From: Lytechinus pictus
Taxonomy: Eukaryota
Direction of reading: 5' to 3'
NCBI RefSeq assembly: GCF_037042905.1
Contig: NC_087251.1
Coordinates: 9,116,001-9,180,000 of the forward strand
DNA length: 64,000 nucleotides
Shown: piece by piece, positions 13,945 to 27,845 of the stretch
Layout of the letters: each line of letters starts with the position of its first letter
Position numbering within the stretch: the first letter of the stretch is position 1
Notes under the pieces: model-generated
What the model was told of the DNA's origin: nothing
Databases searched by the model: none
What the model saw: only the letters and a program-made list of their open reading frames with translations
Translations under genes and position numbers: made by a program

Positions 13945-14880
13945 TTTTTTTTAGTTCAGTTCAATTTATTTATTTTCTCAGCATAAAAAATGATATATAT
14001 ACAAATGTACAGGAATGACAAATAATATCAGAGAAAATTGGAAACTACAGAAAAGTTTATAAAAACTTGTGAGTAGTAGTTCCCAGTCCATTGAATGAAA
14101 AAAATGCACACACAGCATCAACAAACACAAGCAAACACACAGGGAGGGTGGTGCGGTAAATGTATGAGATTTCGGCAAGGAGAAAGGAAACAAATTATTT
14201 TGCATACCCGGTATTCATTTATATACATTCTTTTTAACTTAGATTTAAATGACGTAATTGTTGTTGAGTCTTTGATTCAATCGGGGAGATTATTCCAAAT
14301 GCGTGGGCCATAATGCCTTAATGAATTTAGGAGAATTTGTGTTTTAACCTTGGGATAATGAAATTTATTACTTGAGCGAGTATTGTGACAATGAACAGAA
14401 TTATTTATTAAAAACATACAGGATATATTGAAAGGAATTATGTTATGAATAGTACGAAACATCACAGATACTATCTGAAATTTATGAATATCGTATATAT
14501 TAAGGGTAATTTATTGAGGTTAAAAAACAAAGGTCGTGAAGGAGTTCTAAAAGGGGAGTTGGTACATATTCTTAAAATTTTCTTTTGCAATTTATGAAGG
14601 GGTTCCAATTTTTTTATTCCAGCATTCGCCCAAATAATATTACAATATTGAAGATAAGTTAAGGAAAGAGTTATATATCATAAATAACTCCTTCTGTGGC
14701 AAGAAATTGCGAAGTTTAAAAAGAATACCAATATTTTTTGAGATCTTGTTAGCTAAAATAGAACGGTGGCTGTTGTAGGACAGTGTATCATCTAAAGTGA
14801 TTCCGAGAAACTTGGTTGTTTTGGAACAATTCAAGAAGATTTGATTCATAAATATTTTAACATCTGAAATATCCCGTTTT
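13945..14880 (-). mobile_element. 5'-truncated CR1/L2-group (Crack-like) LINE, C-terminus of the RT ORF, degenerate
   Basis: KFLGITLDDTLSY...KISKNIGILFKLR and HNTRSS...YGPRIWNNLP motifs; 3' end aataaattgaactgaact followed by an A-run; frameshifts present. Confidence 0.85.
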
Positions 14881-14986
14881 TGTATGTTCTTTACATGTAA
14901 GTCCATTGACCCTAAATGACTTTTAACCTTGGTCATGTGACCTGAAACTCAGGGAGGATGTTTAGTAATACTTGATTATCCTTTAT

Positions 14987-15473
14987 AGGTGGTTTCAAAC
15001 CGCCTCGATCACAAGAATCCCCGTTAAATTACGAGAACTTTTTTAGGCTGAAAAATACCCATTAATTATTCCTGCATTCACACCGCCCTGAAACATACCC
15101 TTCGGGATAAGTTCCTGAAGTAGTTCCTGAAGTTACGAGCATGCGCAGTATGGTCTGATAAGCAAGCAAGGCGCGAGATTCAAAATCACTAGCCCAGCAG
15201 CCACCCACGGCGCCGCACCCAACGACACGCTGGGCTAAAAGTTCCCGTAATTTGCTTTCAGACCGCCAAAATACCCACGACCTTGGAAAAATCCCCGCGA
15301 AAGTTCTCGTAATTTCGCCAAGTACCTACTATTCATCGGGTATTTTCTTTCGGGGATATTACGCGTAGTTTGCTTTCAGACCGCCAAAATACCTGGTATT
15401 TTCTGATCGGGGTAAATTTCCCGATCAGAGAATACCTGGAACTGGCGAACTTCGAGGCGGTCTGAAACCACCT
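14987..15473. mobile_element. MITE, Harbinger-like, 3-bp TAT TSD
   Basis: TIR AGGTGGTTTCA(A/G)ACCGCCTCGA; a second deleted copy lies at ~19936-20243. Confidence 0.8.
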
Positions 15474-15552
15474 TATGTTCAAGTTTCATGAACTAGGTCC
15501 TTATACTTTCTAATTTACGATGATAACATTTCAAAAACTTAACCTTGGTTAA

Positions 15553-16300
15553 CCCTATAGCACCTACAGATTCCTATGCATAATGGCAATTACTCACTGA
15601 AGGAAACAATAAAACTGGTAATAAGTAGGCATTGTTTCAAACAAATTGAAATATTTTTTTATAAATTTACTTCTGTTCATTACAAGTTATATTTATTTTG
15701 TAGCATAGGACCTGTTGAATAGAATGGTACATGGCAAAGTTCAATCAGATGTACAGTAAAAATATTGACCTTTGACAATCGTTTGCAGAGCGAAAAGAAA
15801 AAAAAACTAAAGTTCGGGTTTCAGCCGCCCCAGTCCCACGCCTTCAAAAAAATGTAAAGTAATACTGACAGATTACTAAAGTTTTCGCCAAATCTTGGAT
15901 CAAATATGTCATAAATTAATTCCAACTCACATCTAGATGTCACTCTGTGTGATATCCAACGTTTTGATGAACATATAGCAACGCCCGAGCTTCTTCGGCG
16001 AAGTAAGTGGTTTTCCGAGACATGGACGCAGCCATCTTTGCTGAGATCGACTGCGCAACAGTCTGGAACTTGCTACACACCGATGCATGTCAATCGGTTT
16101 TTCTCTATTATACTCAATAGGAGCATACACTTTTCTATGCAGATCTATATAGCAGCCAACCTATACGGTACGCACACGCAATATTACCACGGTAAATCAT
16201 AGACAAGAGATACTATAGCGCAAAGAAAACGTACGGGCGGTTAAAGGCGGTTCAGTGTGTAATAGGAAGGGCGGTCTCGGGCGGTTCAGGTGCTAAAGGG
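15553..16300. mobile_element. Non-autonomous piggyBac-like element
   Basis: TTAA TSD (15549-52 and 16301-04); TIR CCCT(A/T)TAGCACCT. Confidence 0.85.
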
Positions 16301-16580
16301 TTAAGATTTCATGTTGACAATGCCGCCATCGGAAAGCAGCACCTACATGTATAGTGCAGGCGAGAGAAAAAACTTTTAGAGATAATACATGTATTGATGT
16401 ATATGTTCACTGTTGATTGTTGACAGATAATGATAAGATCAATTAGCAGGCTTTATTTTTATCAAAAATATTTGCCCAACTAGTTGATCTGCTGCTAGAA
16501 GCTTCTTCTTTCAAAACAAATACTAATATTGAATCAAGCAATTGCAAAGTGCCGCATGAGCTTCACCACTGACCAATAAT

Positions 16581-17450
16581 AAACAAGTGGAATGCCTCTG
16601 GCCGTCTCACCTGCATCACACGATTCAATATAGCAGCAGTGCTGACTTTAAAAACTACTATCAAATAATTATTCACAAAAACACCATTCATATAATGAAA
16701 CAATACTACGTTCATTAACATTTGACCTTGATCATGTGACCTAAAACTTGTCAGTGAAACTTGATTACCCCTATATCTACATTTTATACACTATATCTAT
16801 AAAATTTCAAAGTTATGATGGTAATTCAACAAATACCCCCAACTTGGCCAAAGTTCATTGACCTTAAATGACCTTTGACTTTAATCATGTGACCTGAAAC
16901 TTGCACAGGATGTTCAGCGATACTTGATTACTATTATATCCAAGTTTCATGAATCAGATCCATAAACTTTTAAAGTTATGATGGTAATTCAACAGATACC
17001 CCCAATTTGGCCAAGGTTCATTGACCCTAAATGACCTTTGACCTTGGTCATGTGACGTGATACTCAAGCAGGATGTTCAGTAATACTTGATTAACCTTAT
17101 GTTTCATGAACTAGGTCCATATATTTTCTAAGTTATGTCATCATAACTTATGATGACATTTCAAAAACTTAACCTTAGGTTAAGATTTTGATGTTGATTC
17201 CCCCAACATGGTCTAAGTTCATTGACCCTAAATGACCTTAGACCTTGGTCATGTGACCTGAAACTCGGGCAGGATGTTTAGTAATGCTTGATTAACCTTA
17301 TGGCCAAGTTTCATGACCTAGGTCCATATATTTTCTAAGTTATGCTGTCATTTCAAAAACTTAACCTTAGGTTAAGATTTGGTGTTGACGCCGCCGCCGT
17401 CGGAAAAGCGGCGCATATAGTCTCACTCTGCTATGCAGGTGAGACAAAAA
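16581..17450. mobile_element. Helentron-associated (HINE/DINE-1-like) element, complete
   Basis: aacaagtggaatgcctctgg end, subterminal IR gtctcacctgcat / atgcaggtgagac, ~164-bp internal tandem units with tgacctttgacc, A-rich flanks and no TSD. Confidence 0.8.
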
Positions 17451-17943
17451 GTACAAAATTGGAAGGATATTTATTGTCATTCACTGAAGTAAACATATAA
17501 ACATGCAGTTTTTCTTATTTTGGTCAGATTCTGGCCAAAAGACATTTTCATGTACTGTACATGTAAAATCTCAAAAGCATGTTTCTATTATTATCCACTA
17601 CCAACATAGCTTTAGGACCTTCAGTACTAGTGAAATGTAGCAGTGACAGATACTATTGAGGGATAGACCAAAACAATGAAAACATACTTTCATATAGATC
17701 TAGGCTTTATGAAATCTAGGCAAGACACGAATTGTATTAAAGATGATACTTTAAATTACTATTCTCTTTTCTCTTTGTGCTTGTTTCTTTTGTATTAATT
17801 ATTATCAGGTCTACATGTACAGGTCTACATGTACCGTGTACGTGTCTGGAAGTGAAAGGTTGTTCTGAGTGAGAAGGCCTACATGTACATGTGTATATTA
17901 CATGTATGAAGTTTAGGGGCATTAAAGTAATTGCAGACAGTTA

Positions 17944-18545
17944 TCAAAGGACAAGTCCACCCCAACAAAAAGTCGATTTGAATAAAAAGACAAAAATCCA
18001 ACAAACATAATGTCACTGAAAATTTCATCAAAATCGGATGTAAAATTTTAAAACTTCGCTTAATTTCACAAAATAGTTATATGCACATCCTGGTTGGTAT
18101 GCAAATGAGGAGACTGATGATGTCATCCACTCACTATTTATTTTGTATTTTATTATGAGAAATATGAAATATTCTAATTTTCTCCCCATTGTCAAGTGAA
18201 ACAAAGACTAATTCCTCCCTGAACAAGTGGAATTAGCATTGTTAAATATTATACTGTATGGTTCAGTCAAGTTGGTCCTTATTTTCAAATCTGTAAAAAA
18301 TGATATATTGTATAATGCAAACAATAAAAAACAAAAGAAATAGTGAGTGAGGGTCATCATCTACTGTCTCATTTGCTTGTCACTGAGTTGTGCATATCAC
18401 TGTTTTGTGAAAAATAAGCGAAACTTTAAAATGTCATAACTTTAATATTTTACATCCAATTTTGATAAAATTTTCAGCATTATGCTAGTGTGATTTTTCT
18501 CTATTTATTCAAATCTACATTTTTCTGGGATGGACTTGACCTTAA
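17944..18545. mobile_element. Kolobok/T2-type MITE, family A
   Basis: Same termini and body as 7431-8030. Confidence 0.8.
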
Positions 18546-19935
18546 ATAATTTATTGTGATTGTCAATGTAAAGTATTTTGATATTGTTATGATATATTGT
18601 ACTTTTCATCTTTGTGTATACTTATTGTTGAAGGCATTGGAAACCAAACTTCTTTGTATTCGTACACTGACCAAAAATAAAATCTTGAATGTTACGCTTG
18701 ATGCACAACGATTGTTTGCACTTTTCAGTTACAGTGATGTGAAGAAAACTTTCAACAAAATGAGTGATGCATATTTTACCAGATGAACAAGTGGAACAAC
18801 CCTTTGCTCTAACCATGGAGCATTGGAGCTATCATGCTCTAACTATTATCCACTCACAATGAGTAAACTAGAGTTAATGTGAGGAAGCAGTTCACACATA
18901 AATTGTACAATACATGTACATGCAGCATCTATCTGTATTAAAGGGGAGTTACAGTCTCCATATTTTACATACATGAAATATAATATGATTTTAAAAGATG
19001 AAAATAAACATATAAATTACTGCAGATACCATCACATAATAATAAAATTGAATAATTTTCAAGAATAGCAAGTTAACATATTCAGAGACTGCAAGTCATC
19101 TTGAATACATGTATTTGATGAGAGCTTGATGACAATTTCCCAAATTTATTTCATTTTTATAGTGCTTCAAAAATGCAAAATGGATTGATTAGATATGTAG
19201 TCCTACTTCTAATAAAGATTTCAAAAAATTGCATGGAAGATTTCCCTAATTAATGCATCAATTTAGACCGACTCAAAGGCAGAATTTTACCAAAAGTGGG
19301 TTCTATATAGCGACAATGTTAATTTTCTATTTCTACTGTACATGTACAATAAAATGTCCTCTCACTTTATATTACAACTACATTGCACACAGTAAAAACA
19401 TGGATTTTTTTCCTTTTTGTGTACATGTAGTCTGCAGGTCTACAAAGTACAAATTCTACATAATATTAATGATCAATATGGATAAATCATCATGGAGTCA
19501 AGCATTGGCAGTCTTTATGAAAATCTGTATCTCAGATCCATCTTTCTCTTGAATTTCAGAGTACATACATATAGGCTTATTAATAAGCTTCATTGCATTA
19601 TAAAATATATTATAGATCAATAGTATACCAATGGCTTGCAAGAACATTTGCAAATGGAGTCCGAAGTGCTGACTTGGCTCGATCATGACCTTTGAAGTTC
19701 AAGACGTGTGACTGTTGTGACAAACTGAAAGTAGTCTTCCAAACAGACATCTTGTATTAAAGGGGAAGTGGTACGAAATTTGTTCCTGTTTGATTAATAC
19801 ACTGTAACTTTCAAAAAAAAATTCAATCTGGGAAATTAATTAGCAACACTAGCTTAAAACAACTATCCTCTATTCTGGTAAGAGGTCTGGTCAACCTTGT
19901 AAACAGGGAGCAGTACGTGGGAAAAACCTCTCTTG

Positions 19936-20243
19936 AGGTGACCACCTCGATCATAAGAATCCCTGTTAAATTACGAGAACTTTTTTAGGCTAAAAAATAC
20001 CCATTAATTATTCCTGCATTCACACCGCCCCAAAACATACCCTTCGGGATAAATTCCTGAAGTTACGAGCATGCGTAGTATGGTCTGATAAGCAGGCAAG
20101 GCGCGAGATTCAAAATCACTAGCTCAGCAGCCACCAACGGTGCCTGCGCCCAACTACACGCTGGGCTAAAAGTTCCTGTAAACTGCTTTCACATTGCCAA
20201 AATACCTGGAACTGACGAACTTTGAGGCGGTCTGAAACCACCT
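19936..20243. mobile_element. Internally deleted copy of the 14987-15473 MITE
   Basis: Near-identical sequence ending gaggcggtctgaaaccacct. Confidence 0.8.
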
Positions 20244-20414
20244 ATTGGATATGTTCTGCAGTTGCCGATAAAAATTGGTAAAAGCATTACCTTCCATGAC
20301 ACCTGAAGTGTTTTGGGCAAAAACAAATGTTGGAGTACGGCATCTCTGGTTCCATTACACCAATGTGCATGGTACTAGTAGGCCCATATGGATTATAGCT
20401 CTTGTCAGTAACAC

Positions 20415-22280
20415 TTTTTTTTTTTTTTCAATATGTTTTTATTAAGGATTTCATTCAAATGAATTACATAAACTGCAGATAAATACAAAACAAAATACAA
20501 ATCTTCATTTCATATCAACAAGGATATGCAAAAAAGTACATATATATTTACCAAGAACTGAAGCAAATAAGGACGGAATGAAACTCCTTAAAATTATACT
20601 TTTATATCTGAAAAAAAAAATAACTCAACTGAGTCCCCAACCCTCTATGTATTTCAATAATAATTAATGTTAAATGGCTATATAAATGATTTGCAGGAAA
20701 ACAGAAATCAACCTAAATGTATTATCATTGCATCCCATTTTAAATCAAGCTTCAACATAACTTTACATAATCATACACACATACACACACCCACCTTAAC
20801 ACCCATACACACATGCACATACCACGCATACGTAAACAAACATAATATATACAAATCTGCATAATGAACGTTTAACATTTTGGCGCAATAGGATACAGAA
20901 AGAAAAAACCCTGCAAATCATATTGATACAAGAGAAGGGGAAATTGAAAAGAACTAGTAAAAAGAAAAAAAAAATCAACATTCACACCAGGATTCACACT
21001 CGCACCACACTAGACACATCCCACCTGTTCACATTCAAATCCCTTTTCACCTTCAGTTCATCCCATTTCTGCAAATGTAAACTTAACTTGCCTGACTTCG
21101 TTGCCAGGCGTCTTTCTTCTTCTATACAACCCGTTATATATTTGTGTATTTTAATAAATGACGGTACCCGGCCTTCAGCTCTGGAATTAAAAATTGCATA
21201 TTTAATAAAAAGAATAACAGAATTGACACATTTAATTCTACAAGAATTTCCAGGTAACCCTAAGAATATTTCCCTCCAATTCAAAGTTCTTAATTCAGCT
21301 AAACAAAAATGATCAATACAAAATTGCCAAAGAGGTTTAACTTTTATGCAATCCATGAGTATATGAAAGTACGATTCAGTTTTTGTACAACCAAACGAAC
21401 AATAATTATCTCCCACGAAACCAAATCTCATCAAATGTTCTTTTGTATATATTGCTCCATGTAAAAGCATTAACTGAAATTCCCTTTGTTTTCTTATAAG
21501 AGTTGTACTCCTGATATATTCAAATAATTTACAAATTTCTACATCAGTAAAATCAAAATCACTGTGACCATCCTTAAGTGTTAACTTGTATAGCTCTTGT
21601 AGCTTAGTAATAAACAAGTTATAAATTGTTTTTGATTTAATTACTTCAAAAGCTGTTTCCTGTTTTCCAATATTCATACTTATCCCAAAGTCTACCAAAT
21701 CAATTTTTTAAAACTTTATTAAACTATTAAAATTTTTCCAGCTTGCTGGTATAACGTGCACAATATCTATTATTTGGAGAAGTTGATTTGCGGTAATACC
21801 GAGATTTTGAAAAAAAGTCACAGGCTTCAAGTGGCCATTATCAAAGATTTGATCAACGCTAAATATTCCTTTATTAAAAAGATCATTGTCAAAAATTGTT
21901 TTACCTTTTATACAAATATATTGATTATTGAATATAATAGGGTTAACCTCCTCTTCAGAATAACGAAATCTCCTTAAGTCTTGCCAAGCCTTCATCATTT
22001 CTGAATAAAATGGGGGCATTTTTATATTTAATTTTGAAGTGTCAAAGTCACATAGAAACAGAAATCTCCCCCCAACTGATCGAAAACAAAAATCAAAATA
22101 CAACTTCCATCCTGCATCTCGTTCTCCGTAAAGTAATCGCTTAAGCCACATTAAACGTTGAGACTTTACAAACAACTTAAAATTCATCATTTTTAAACCC
22201 CCTTGTGAGTAATCCTGGTACATTATAATTCTCTTTATCCGATCTTTTCCGGACCATAAAAATTCAAATGTGATCTTTTC
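20415..22280 (-). mobile_element. 5'-truncated L1/Tx1-clade LINE (ORF2 C-terminus, 3'UTR, polyA)
   Basis: FLWSGKDRIKR..GGL..WLKRL and CCHC knuckle CSFGC..ES..HILMDC..W; the two ORFs are in frame across one TAA at 21708-10; AATAAA plus A14 tail; possible 5-bp TSD aacac. Confidence 0.9.
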
Positions 22281-22644
22281 AACACACACAAACACCCTCT
22301 CTCTCTCACACACACACACACCCTTCAAGATATTTTTCAGTCAAAATGCATGACAATTGTATCTTCTGTTTACGGTTACCTCCCAGATTTCATCGCTTTA
22401 TTTTTTTTTTTAAAGGCAAAATAAGTCCAAAGTACATGTACAAGACCTGAATTGATAATTACTCAAGCATTACAAACTTCATATACATATAGATCAATAT
22501 AGATTCACAATTTTATGCCTCTGCCTATTCCATTTACAGAAGTTGACAATCATGTTCTGATAAAAGACATCATGGTAAGATGTTAACTACATTATCAACT
22601 AACTACATTACTACATTAATGTAAGAACTCCTACCCAAATTAAT

Positions 22645-23048
22645 TTAAAGGTAAATGCCAGTTGTGGTAACAATCTCAAAATGACTTTTTACAGAATCCA
22701 ATATAATGACCACCCAAGTGTCTGTTGATATGAATAAAAAATATGTGCCGAAGGATTCTGGAAGAAATTGTGTAATTGCTGAGAAATAAGCAAAATAAGC
22801 GTGGATTCGGGCACTTACGTCGGGTCTTTATTCCAGCAATATAATATACACTGTCCCACGTGTGCCTATCTGTGTTGGCGATCTTCAGTGTGATTGTCTT
22901 TCAGCTTAGATTGTACGATTTCACAAAGTTCAGTTTATGTAACTGTACCAAATCTAGATCGACGATGATATCGTAATACTTAACCTTGGTTTTACAGACT
23001 TTCTTTTGAAATCAGTGTTTTACTGCAACTACTGTAATTTAGCTTTAA
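22645..23048. mobile_element. Kolobok/T2-type MITE, family C
   Basis: TTAA-AGGTAAAT ... ATTTAGCT-TTAA with imperfect TIR. Confidence 0.6.
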
Positions 23049-23884
23049 ATACACTGAAATGGGTTCCCATCGAAGATAGATGGAATTATTCTAAATGTAA
23101 AATGATATTTTCTGCTTTCCTTTATTATTCAAAATCCAGCCTAATAAATATCTTTTAAAAATCTGAAACTGAGCATTCGCTATCGTAGTGCACAAAGCAC
23201 TGGTTTTATATTGCACAAAGGGCAAACAAATTTTTCTTTTGCTGGTGCATTCATTTGGAACAATTTACCTAAAGAAATGCCCAATCAGAATACTCATTAC
23301 TAGGTCTCTGCCGGACTTTGTTCAGGCGAGACAAAAAACCTTGAAACCAACTATTTGCATGTGAAACATGTAGTATTACAAAAGGTGATGTAAGAATATT
23401 CATATTAGACAACATTCAACATAAACATCGGATGGAATCAGTTTCAGAAATATTATTTTCAAACATTGACATGTTGTAAACAGTATTTGTCAATGTCATG
23501 GATATTTTGGACTTTGAGACATTTAGATTGGTCTTTTCAAAACTACTATAAACTCACATGTTCACAAACTTTTTATCAAAGTTACAATTTCATTCTTTTA
23601 TAAATTTAACAAGGAAATCAAATCTACCAATACAAGAATCCCATTCGAAGTTGGAACAGAACAATATTGTTGGACTATTAAAGATTTTTAATTAAATACT
23701 TGGGTTGATTTTACAGTATGAGGGATTTGGGTAATTGGATTGTTCAATTCAAATGAAAACCCATTTTGATACCATTTTTTGGTTATCACAATAGTTTTGG
23801 GTAATTTTGTTTTCATCTAGAACTAAATTAAGTGATCACTTTATAGGTAGAGGAGGGACCACGCAATAATAAAGTACCACTTAC

Positions 23885-23918
23885 CCCCTAGCGTTCCAGC
23901 AACAAAATCTGCAGCCAT
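23885..23918 (-). CDS. SLC25A29: SLC25A29-like first coding exon (MAADFVAGTLG-G); exon including 5'UTR spans 24050-23885
   Basis: ATG at 23918, donor GGG G|gtaagt (phase 1 fits exon 2), acceptor tgtctttcag at 24051; resembles the vertebrate MALDFLAGCAGG N-terminus. Confidence 0.9.
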
Positions 23919-24957
23919 TGCTGCAGACAGTATTACAAAGATGTAGATCTACTTATTCCTTTTCCTCTTGATTCTCAATCATCACAAACATCTATGCTGC
24001 GTTTCATTATGAACAGTCATGATGTAAATCATTCTTGCATTGTAAAGCACCTGAAAGACAATAAAGTATACAAGGTCTGATAAAAACAGGAAAATTAAAG
24101 GTTCATTTGAATATCATTTTTAAAATAAAGTTTTAGAAATAGCTCATATTATGTCTAGGTGTAAAACCAAATATAAATTAGGTGATTACTTTTCCACAGA
24201 AAAATACAAATATTTGTCCCGTTTCAGCCTTTCAGGTTGACCTGCAAATAAAAACATACTATAGATATTAAGCTATTGATGATGTTGTCTGATGAACAAG
24301 AAAGTAAGAATAGGGTGCATCTATGCCCCACTTTTTAAACCCTAGAATCACGATTTGAATAATGATTCAAAAGACAATGCTGCAGAATCACAGTTGCATA
24401 CTTGCGTTTAGTCAAAAGTAAAAGTAATCATGTTTCAAATCACAAACATGTAACGGAAAAAGGGCATAACTTGGAATCTTTCACACCATTTTAAAGAATA
24501 GAAAGTGCTGCAAGCGTAGTTGGTGATCATGGAGGGGTGGGGGGGGGGGGGATAATGGCCTGTATAATCATCCCCCAAAAATTTCAGGTCGAACGTCAAA
24601 TTTTAATATGATGAATTACATGACAGTCATGATAAAAACATATCAATAATAATAATAAAATTAAAATTATATCAATAATAATAATCATTATTATTATTAT
24701 CATAATTTTTATCATTTGTTATTATTATAGTAATAATAATGATGATTATCAAGATAATGGTTGTGATGGTTATAAATCATATTTACACATGACAATAAAT
24801 ATTGTTTTTCTCATAAAATTTCTATTTTGTATTTTTGCTATTATATCAAACCATTCCTTTCGGGAACTGTTACAAACAGAAGAATGGAGAAAGATTTTTT
24901 TTTTAAGGGTAAAATATGATAACATTTTTTTAATAGTATGTAAAAAATCTATCACAA

Positions 24958-24958
24958 A

Positions 24959-24998
<40 letters not shown>

Positions 24999-25110
24999 AG
25001 TACTAGTACTACTACTACTAATACTAATACTAATACTACTACTACTACTATTACTACTACTACTACTACAACTACTACTACTGCTACTACTCTACTACAA
25101 CTAACTACAT
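24958..25110. repeat. (TAC)n microsatellite
   Basis: Direct reading; a degenerate (AAT/ATT)n tract lies at ~24645-24750. Confidence 0.95.
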
Positions 25111-25754
25111 GTACTATTTATTATGTAGGCCCAGTATGTTGAAAGTGATTTTCACTCAAAAATTCACTCTCAACCTACATGTATCAGATGCATTTCTTCT
25201 TCTTTAACGTGGAGCCTTGCAATAAATACAGCATGACAACCTTAAATTGAGCCCTGCGTTCTTGAAGTGTTGGCCATTACAGCTGATGTAGCATGGTTGT
25301 CACACTGCTTGCTAAGGCAATGCGACCAAGATCTGTGATGTCACACACGTACAACTCCCTCATTACTTTAGTACTTATTTCACTTATATTCTCACTTTTA
25401 TAGAGTCTATCACAAGGTGAGGTGTTCTCTTTATGAGAGGACAAGTACAGAGGTTTCACAACATTATATCATTGATGAATCGTTTGTCGTATGATTAGAA
25501 TGAGCAAAAAGAGATGTTTTGGGGTATATTTTCAGTGTCCAAAAGGGGAGAGTTGTTCATCTGTGACATCATAGATCTTGGTCGCATTGCCAATGGGAGG
25601 ATCTCCATAGCATTAGTGATCTCGACATTCAAATGCTCATAACTCTTCTATTGCAAGTCCTATTTTACTCAAACTTTTGTTGATCTTATTCTTTGATTTT
25701 TCTGCTTTCACAAAAGCTAACTTGCTCCAAGAGTTTCATTCTCCTTTAAGGAGG

Positions 25755-26175
25755 TGGGCGTATTAGCCCCACCAATATCCCGGGGTTAAGCTTAGCCCAC
25801 TTCGTTTTCACTCTACGTTTTAGCAAAGTGGGCTAGCATGGTAAATAGTACGGTACTATCTGGCCCTGCAAAAAAGCAGGGTTAGCCGGCTAATTGCGGT
25901 GCTAAGAGATTATGCAGTGTGAAACGAAACAGGGCTAAGGAAAAGTGGGGCTAAGCATTAGCCAATCACAGAAGTTGAAATTGCACGTTAATCGCGCTCT
26001 GTATGGTAAAATCATCAATATTCATGAGCTGTGTGATAGTCCAGGTTTAAGGCGTTAACCCCGGCTAAGCAAATAGTATGGGGTTAAGAAAGACAGGGTG
26101 AATAAAAAAAAAGATAGTATGGGGTAGTCCGGGGTTGAGGATAGTATGGGGTTGAGGAAATGCAGTGTGAAAGGC
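25755..26175. repeat. DNA-element fragment rich in ttagccc/gggctaa motifs
   Basis: Repeated ttagccc, gggctaag and gcagtgtgaaa motifs. Confidence 0.45.
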
Positions 26176-26399
26176 ATATAAATGTCCCATAACATGTTGT
26201 CCCATTTAACAATTTTTTAATTAACTTTTAATAAAAAAGTAATCTATATTTTTGAAACTTTTTGTGGTATAACATTTTCATACCCAATAAATCAGAATTT
26301 CCCAGAGATGCAACAATACAAGTTTTGTATTCCGAGTAACAACTTAACTTTTAAAAAAAATCCTCAAAATGTTACGTATGGGACATTGCATCCTTGGAC

Positions 26400-26842
26400 T
26401 AGACCAAAAGCTTTGGTCTCTATTATGTTGGTTGTTCCGCTGAACTCTGTTGGCTCCACTCACCAAATACAGAGACCGAAGTTCTATCTCGATCTGTACA
26501 AGGACTCAATGGCCATATGTTTATCATTAAGTTCGGATAAACCAGGAAGTGGGAGTTGGGCGACAGGCGAAGTAAGTCACTGCTTTTTCCCCTTTTAAGT
26601 TTATTTTTTCCCCTTTTGGTGGATTTCAGGCCAAAACGGAATAATAATCTTTATTTTGGACAAGTTCTTTTTATATATTTTTATGGAATAAAGACAAAAA
26701 TCGATGAGCCACGACGGGGGATTTTGCATTGTTAACCCCCTAATGGTGGCTGCACGATAGCAAGCCGTCTGTGTACGAGGAGAAAAAATGAATAAATAAA
26801 ATGTTTAAAAACTCCTTGAAACAGATGGCTACCAGCTGTCTA
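26400..26842. mobile_element. Non-autonomous TAG...CTA element (AcademH-like), copy 1
   Basis: Termini TAGAC...GTCTA; TSD ccttggac (26392-99 and 26843-50); highly similar to 63240-63687. Confidence 0.75.
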
Positions 26843-27251
26843 CCTTGGACAAGACCTAATTTGCATATTTAATAAGATGACACCACTTTTTCCCAAAAAA
26901 AGTAATAAGATATTAGGGGGTCCATGTCCAACCTACAGTATACTACTAAATCTCCCAAGTTTTGTTTTGATTTTCTATGAGTTTTTATAATTGTCCCATA
27001 CATAATGCCCATTTTACCTTTGGCTTTAACTTAATGCAAATTAGGTGCCCCAATTAAATTAGCATAAATTTGCATATCATTACATTTTTCTTAATGAAAT
27101 TCTAAACTTCCACTTTTTAGAATTTAAGATAACTTCTTAAAATAAAAATGACATTTTGTCTTCTAACTTAGGGGTGACATTTTCTTGGACTTGCCCCAAA
27201 ACATACTAGATCTACTCATTACCGATAGATACCAGCATGCAAAAAGTTAGT

Positions 27252-27845
27252 TTAAAGGACAAGTCCACCCCAACAAAAAGTTGATTTGAATAAAAAGAGA
27301 AAAATCAAACAAACGTAACACTGAAAATTTCATCAAAATCGGATGTAAAATAAGAAAGTTATGACATTTTAAAGTTTTGCTTAATTTCACAAAATAGTTA
27401 TATGCACATCCTGGTGGGTATGCAAATGAGGAGACTGATGACGTCATCCTCTCACTATTTCTTTTGTGTTTTATTATATGAAATAGGGAATATTCTATTT
27501 TTCTCCTTGTCAAGTGAAACGATTAATTCTTCCTTGAACATGTGTAATGAGCAGCTCTATGCTATATGATTCAGTCAACGTCAAGTTGGTCCTCATTGTA
27601 AAATCTATAAAAAATGAAATAAAATTCAAACAATGAAAAACAAAAGAAATAGTGAGGGACATCATCAACTTTCTCATTTGAGTTGTGCATATCACTGTTT
27701 TGTGAAAAATAAGCAAAACTTTAAAGTGTCATAGACATAACTTTCTTATTTTAGATCCGATTTTGATGAAATTTTTAGCGTTTTGCTAGTTTGATTTTTC
27801 TCTATTTATTCAAATCAACATTTTTCTGGAGTGGACTTGACCTTT
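27252..27845. mobile_element. Kolobok/T2-type MITE, family A
   Basis: Same termini and body as 7431-8030. Confidence 0.85.

Larger units (their letters stand above)
14900..16370. mobile_element. HINE-like element fragment split by two nested MITEs
   Basis: Pieces 14900-14986, 15474-15552 and 16301-16370 reassemble into the consensus seen at 57449-58417. Confidence 0.8.

Noticed and set aside
23170..23290. Short LINE-like remnant (AGAFIWNNLP-like reading on +)
   Set aside because: Too short and degraded to delimit with confidence
24789..25142. Poly-L/poly-T signal-peptide or mucin-like ORF
   Set aside because: Product of the (TAC)n microsatellite
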